DNA from: Eledone cirrhosa
Lineage: Eukaryota
NCBI GenBank assembly: GCA_964016885.1
Contig: OZ024756.1
Coordinates: forward strand, 44,206,001-44,270,000
Length of the DNA: 64,000 nt
Direction of reading: 5' to 3'
Shown: piece after piece, positions 61,044 to 64,000 of the stretch
Layout of the letters: each line of letters starts with the position of its first letter
How positions within the stretch are numbered: the stretch's first letter is position 1
Position numbers and translations under genes: made by a program
The notes under the pieces: model-generated
Database searches by the model: none
What the model was told of the DNA's origin: nothing
Seen by the model: the letters and a program-made list of their open reading frames with translations, nothing else

Positions 61044-61563
61044 ATAACTGTCTTTATCCCATTGCAGAAACTAATTAGTTGGAGTGAAAATTTAAGTAAG
61101 AAAAAAATTTTTTTTAAATTTTTTTAAAAAAAAAATATTTTCTTATTTTACGTCCTTTATATTATTGTTCTGCATTCTCCTGCATTGAACCACCTAGGTA
61201 CTATGACATAACCTGTGTATTTGCTGGCATGGGCGTGCATCTGTGCGCTTATGTTAGTTGATATATTAAATTATCTATATTTATCTCCAAATCACTGATT
61301 TGTCGAGCAAACTTGTCAAAACCACTTCTAAAAAAATTTTTTTTGGGGTGTTAGTAGGCGTCAGTCATCTTACCATCCCATTCCTTCTAACTAGCCTCTG
61401 TGTCACGTGATTGATTCTTTAGAATCGGCCATTTGACTTGAAGCAGTGAGAATTTCGGTACATAGAATCCAGTCCTCGCAAGCTGTTCGATCTACCGAAT
61501 TATTATTATTTTTATATGAGCCGCCAGTGTCCGCGCATTGCCTGGAGACTTAACTGAGAATAG

Positions 61564-61645
61564 ACTTCCTGATGACGCAATGAATTCTCGACAGTTGGAT
61601 TACATAACTGTCTTTATCCCATTGCAGAAACTAATTAGTTGGAGT
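61564..61645 (+). ncRNA. Type I hammerhead motif with long stem II (560-bp family)
   Basis: Stem I ACTTC/GGAGT; CTGATGA; stem II GCAATG/CATTGC plus GACAGTT/AACTGTC; GAAA; palindromic stem III ACTAATTAGT; triplet GUU. Confidence 0.82.
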
Positions 61646-62123
61646 GAAAATTTAAGTAAGAAAAAAATTTTTTTTTAAATTTTTTTTAAAAAAAATATTT
61701 TCTTATTTTACGTCCTTTATATTATTGTTCTGCATTCTCCTGCATTGAACCACCTAGGTACTATGACATAACCTGTGTATTTGCTGGCATGGGCGTGCAT
61801 CTGTGCGCTTATGTTAGTTGATATATTAAATTATCTATATTTATCTCCAAATCACTGATTTGTCGAGCAAACTTGTCAAAACCACTTCTAAAAAAATTTT
61901 TTTTGGGGTGTTAGTAGGCGTCAGTCATCTTACCATCCCATTCCTTCTAACTAGCCTCTGTGTCACGTGATTGATTCTTTAGAATCGGCCATTTGACTTG
62001 AAGCAGTGAGAATTTCGGTACATAGAATCCAGTCCTCGCAAGCTGTTCGATCTACCGAATTATTATTATTTTTATATGAGCCGCCAGTGTCCGCGCATTG
62101 CCTGGAGACTTAACTGAGAATAG

Positions 62124-62205
62124 ACTTCCTGATGACGCAATGAATTCTCGACAGTTGGATTACATAACTGTCTTTATCCCATTGCAGAAACTAATTAGTT
62201 GGAGT
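62124..62205 (+). ncRNA. Type I hammerhead motif, second copy (560-bp family)
   Basis: Identical to 61564-61645. Confidence 0.82.
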
Positions 62206-62304
62206 GAAAATTTAAGTAAGAAAAAAATTTTTTTTAAATTTTTTTTAAAAAAATATTTTCTTATTTTACGTCCTTTATATATAAATATATATATATATAT
62301 AAAT

Positions 62305-62355
<51 letters not shown>

Positions 62356-62392
62356 AATATATATACATATATATATAAAAATATATATATAT

Positions 62393-62469
<77 letters not shown>

Positions 62470-62512
62470 TATATATATAGATATAAATATATATATATAG
62501 ATATAAATATAT

Positions 62513-62543
<31 letters not shown>

Positions 62544-62588
62544 AATAAATATATATATATATATAAATAAATATATATATATATATAA

Positions 62589-62745
<157 letters not shown>

Positions 62746-62764
62746 AATATATATAAATATATAT

Positions 62765-64000
62765 AATAAATAAATAACAAAGAACGCTTATAGCATATGC
62801 ATATCTTTACTTGCTAACATTGTTTCATCCACACTATAAGTGGGACTCATCAGAGCATAAAGGTTAAATTACATACCATACAAGCAATAACAAATCCAAG
62901 ACATTGAAGAATGAAGGTAATAATAGACGATAGAGGATAAGAATAAAAAGTAAATAAAAATAAAAGTGAAAATAAAAATAAAAATAAAAATAAGGGGTGC
63001 TATCTGTCACAGTTGGGCGGTGTGCTGTCAACATATAGTTACATACAAGTGATGTAATGTATTTATGTAAAGCGTATACTGTGATTTAGGCTGCACTAGT
63101 AGAAATTTAGCCTGTAACTGTGGCGGACCCGAGCCATCCTGCCGTAAGCAGTGGATACGTGGCGCATATATGTGTTGCCCTCATATTCTGTGGTTCAAGA
63201 TCTACAGGCTGACCTCTGGGAACTCTTACCCGGGGTTGTAGTCTTTCTGGCACGATCGGCCTTCCTTATATTGACGGTCGTTTTTATGATCCCGAAAGTA
63301 ACGTTTTGGCCCCGATGGCCCTCCGTAGTTACTAACGGTCTGTGTACACTCGAATCGGTCAATGGCACGTGCAGACATGAATATCTCCGTAGGATTTCAA
63401 CTGTATTTTAATACATCTCATCGTATGTATTTGTTTGAATATATTACCTGTGGTGGTGGGTCTGGTCTAATGTGGTATTTCGGTGTTTAATATTTAATAT
63501 TGTATTTAATATCGTATTTAATATCGACTTTGACCCGGGTATCCTACGCTGTGTGTGTGTGCGTGTGTGCCCGTGTATACATTTATATGTGTATGGGTGT
63601 AGGTGGTTATATGTGTCTGTGTGTATATATATAAAAAAATATATATATATATATATATGTATACCGTCTCTGCATGTGCATGTGGTGTGTATACGTGCAT
63701 ATACGTACTGAACATATTGATGTGTACAATCTTGTGATGTCCCAATGCGGTGACTTAATGGCTTTTATATTTTGTATTTTGCATGCGCTACAACTGTACC
63801 TGCTTGCTTTAACCTAACGCTTGCATGTGAATTCTTCTAACTCCTTTGATGCACCTTTCTGACCATTTGACTCCTGCCCGTGTTGAACCGGTTTGTGATT
63901 ACCCCACCGCTCGAGTGATACTGGTGACTGTGACACTTAGCGCCTTCGTGGGCCCCTGATGTTCTCAAGAAATATATATTTTTAAAAAATTGGTGTGTGA
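62765..64000 (-). mobile_element. Probable PLE-related element 3' region, runs off the window end
   Basis: Hammerhead next to (TA)n; TAAAAA repeats as in the PLE 3' UTR; CpG-retaining unique sequence; no recognisable ORF. Confidence 0.5.
62812..62857 (-). ncRNA. Type I hammerhead motif near the 3' end of a further element
   Basis: Minus strand TGCT-CTGATGA-GTCC CACT tat AGTG t GGAT-GAAAC aat GTT-AGCA. Confidence 0.8.

Larger units (their letters stand above)
61042..62280 (+). mobile_element. Retrozyme-like array: ~2.2 direct copies of a 560-bp non-coding unit
   Basis: ACATAACTGTCTTTATCCC at 61042, 61602, 62162; hammerhead spans the unit junctions; (TA)n flanks. Confidence 0.9.

Overview
Animal genomic DNA, very rich in repeats and (TA)n microsatellite. 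The SINE and LINE types suggest a mollusc, most likely an octopus-type cephalopod (inference). Almost all long ORFs in the supplied track are microsatellite artefacts. Three short + strand exons that the ORF track misses (15842-15924, 42488-42578, 48721-48866) splice in frame into the N-terminal half of an SLC17/sialin-like MFS transporter, so most of the window is intron. Real retroelement coding regions are an uninterrupted 5'-truncated CR1-type LINE ORF2 (8366-11098, -), a Penelope-like element (PLE) RT + GIY-YIG ORF (53319-~55250, -) and several decayed RTE fragments. Two tRNA-derived SINE families are also present. The main signal is a set of non-coding elements sitting in (TA)n tracts that carry type I hammerhead ribozyme (HHR) motifs. 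By hand I fold 19 canonical HHR motifs from 7 sequence families. They occur as near-perfect 0.3-0.65 kb palindromes, as the inverted termini of the PLE, and as retrozyme-like tandem arrays of 308 bp (~5.7 copies) and 560 bp (~2.2 copies) next to the PLE. All folds and alignments were done by eye and need computational confirmation.
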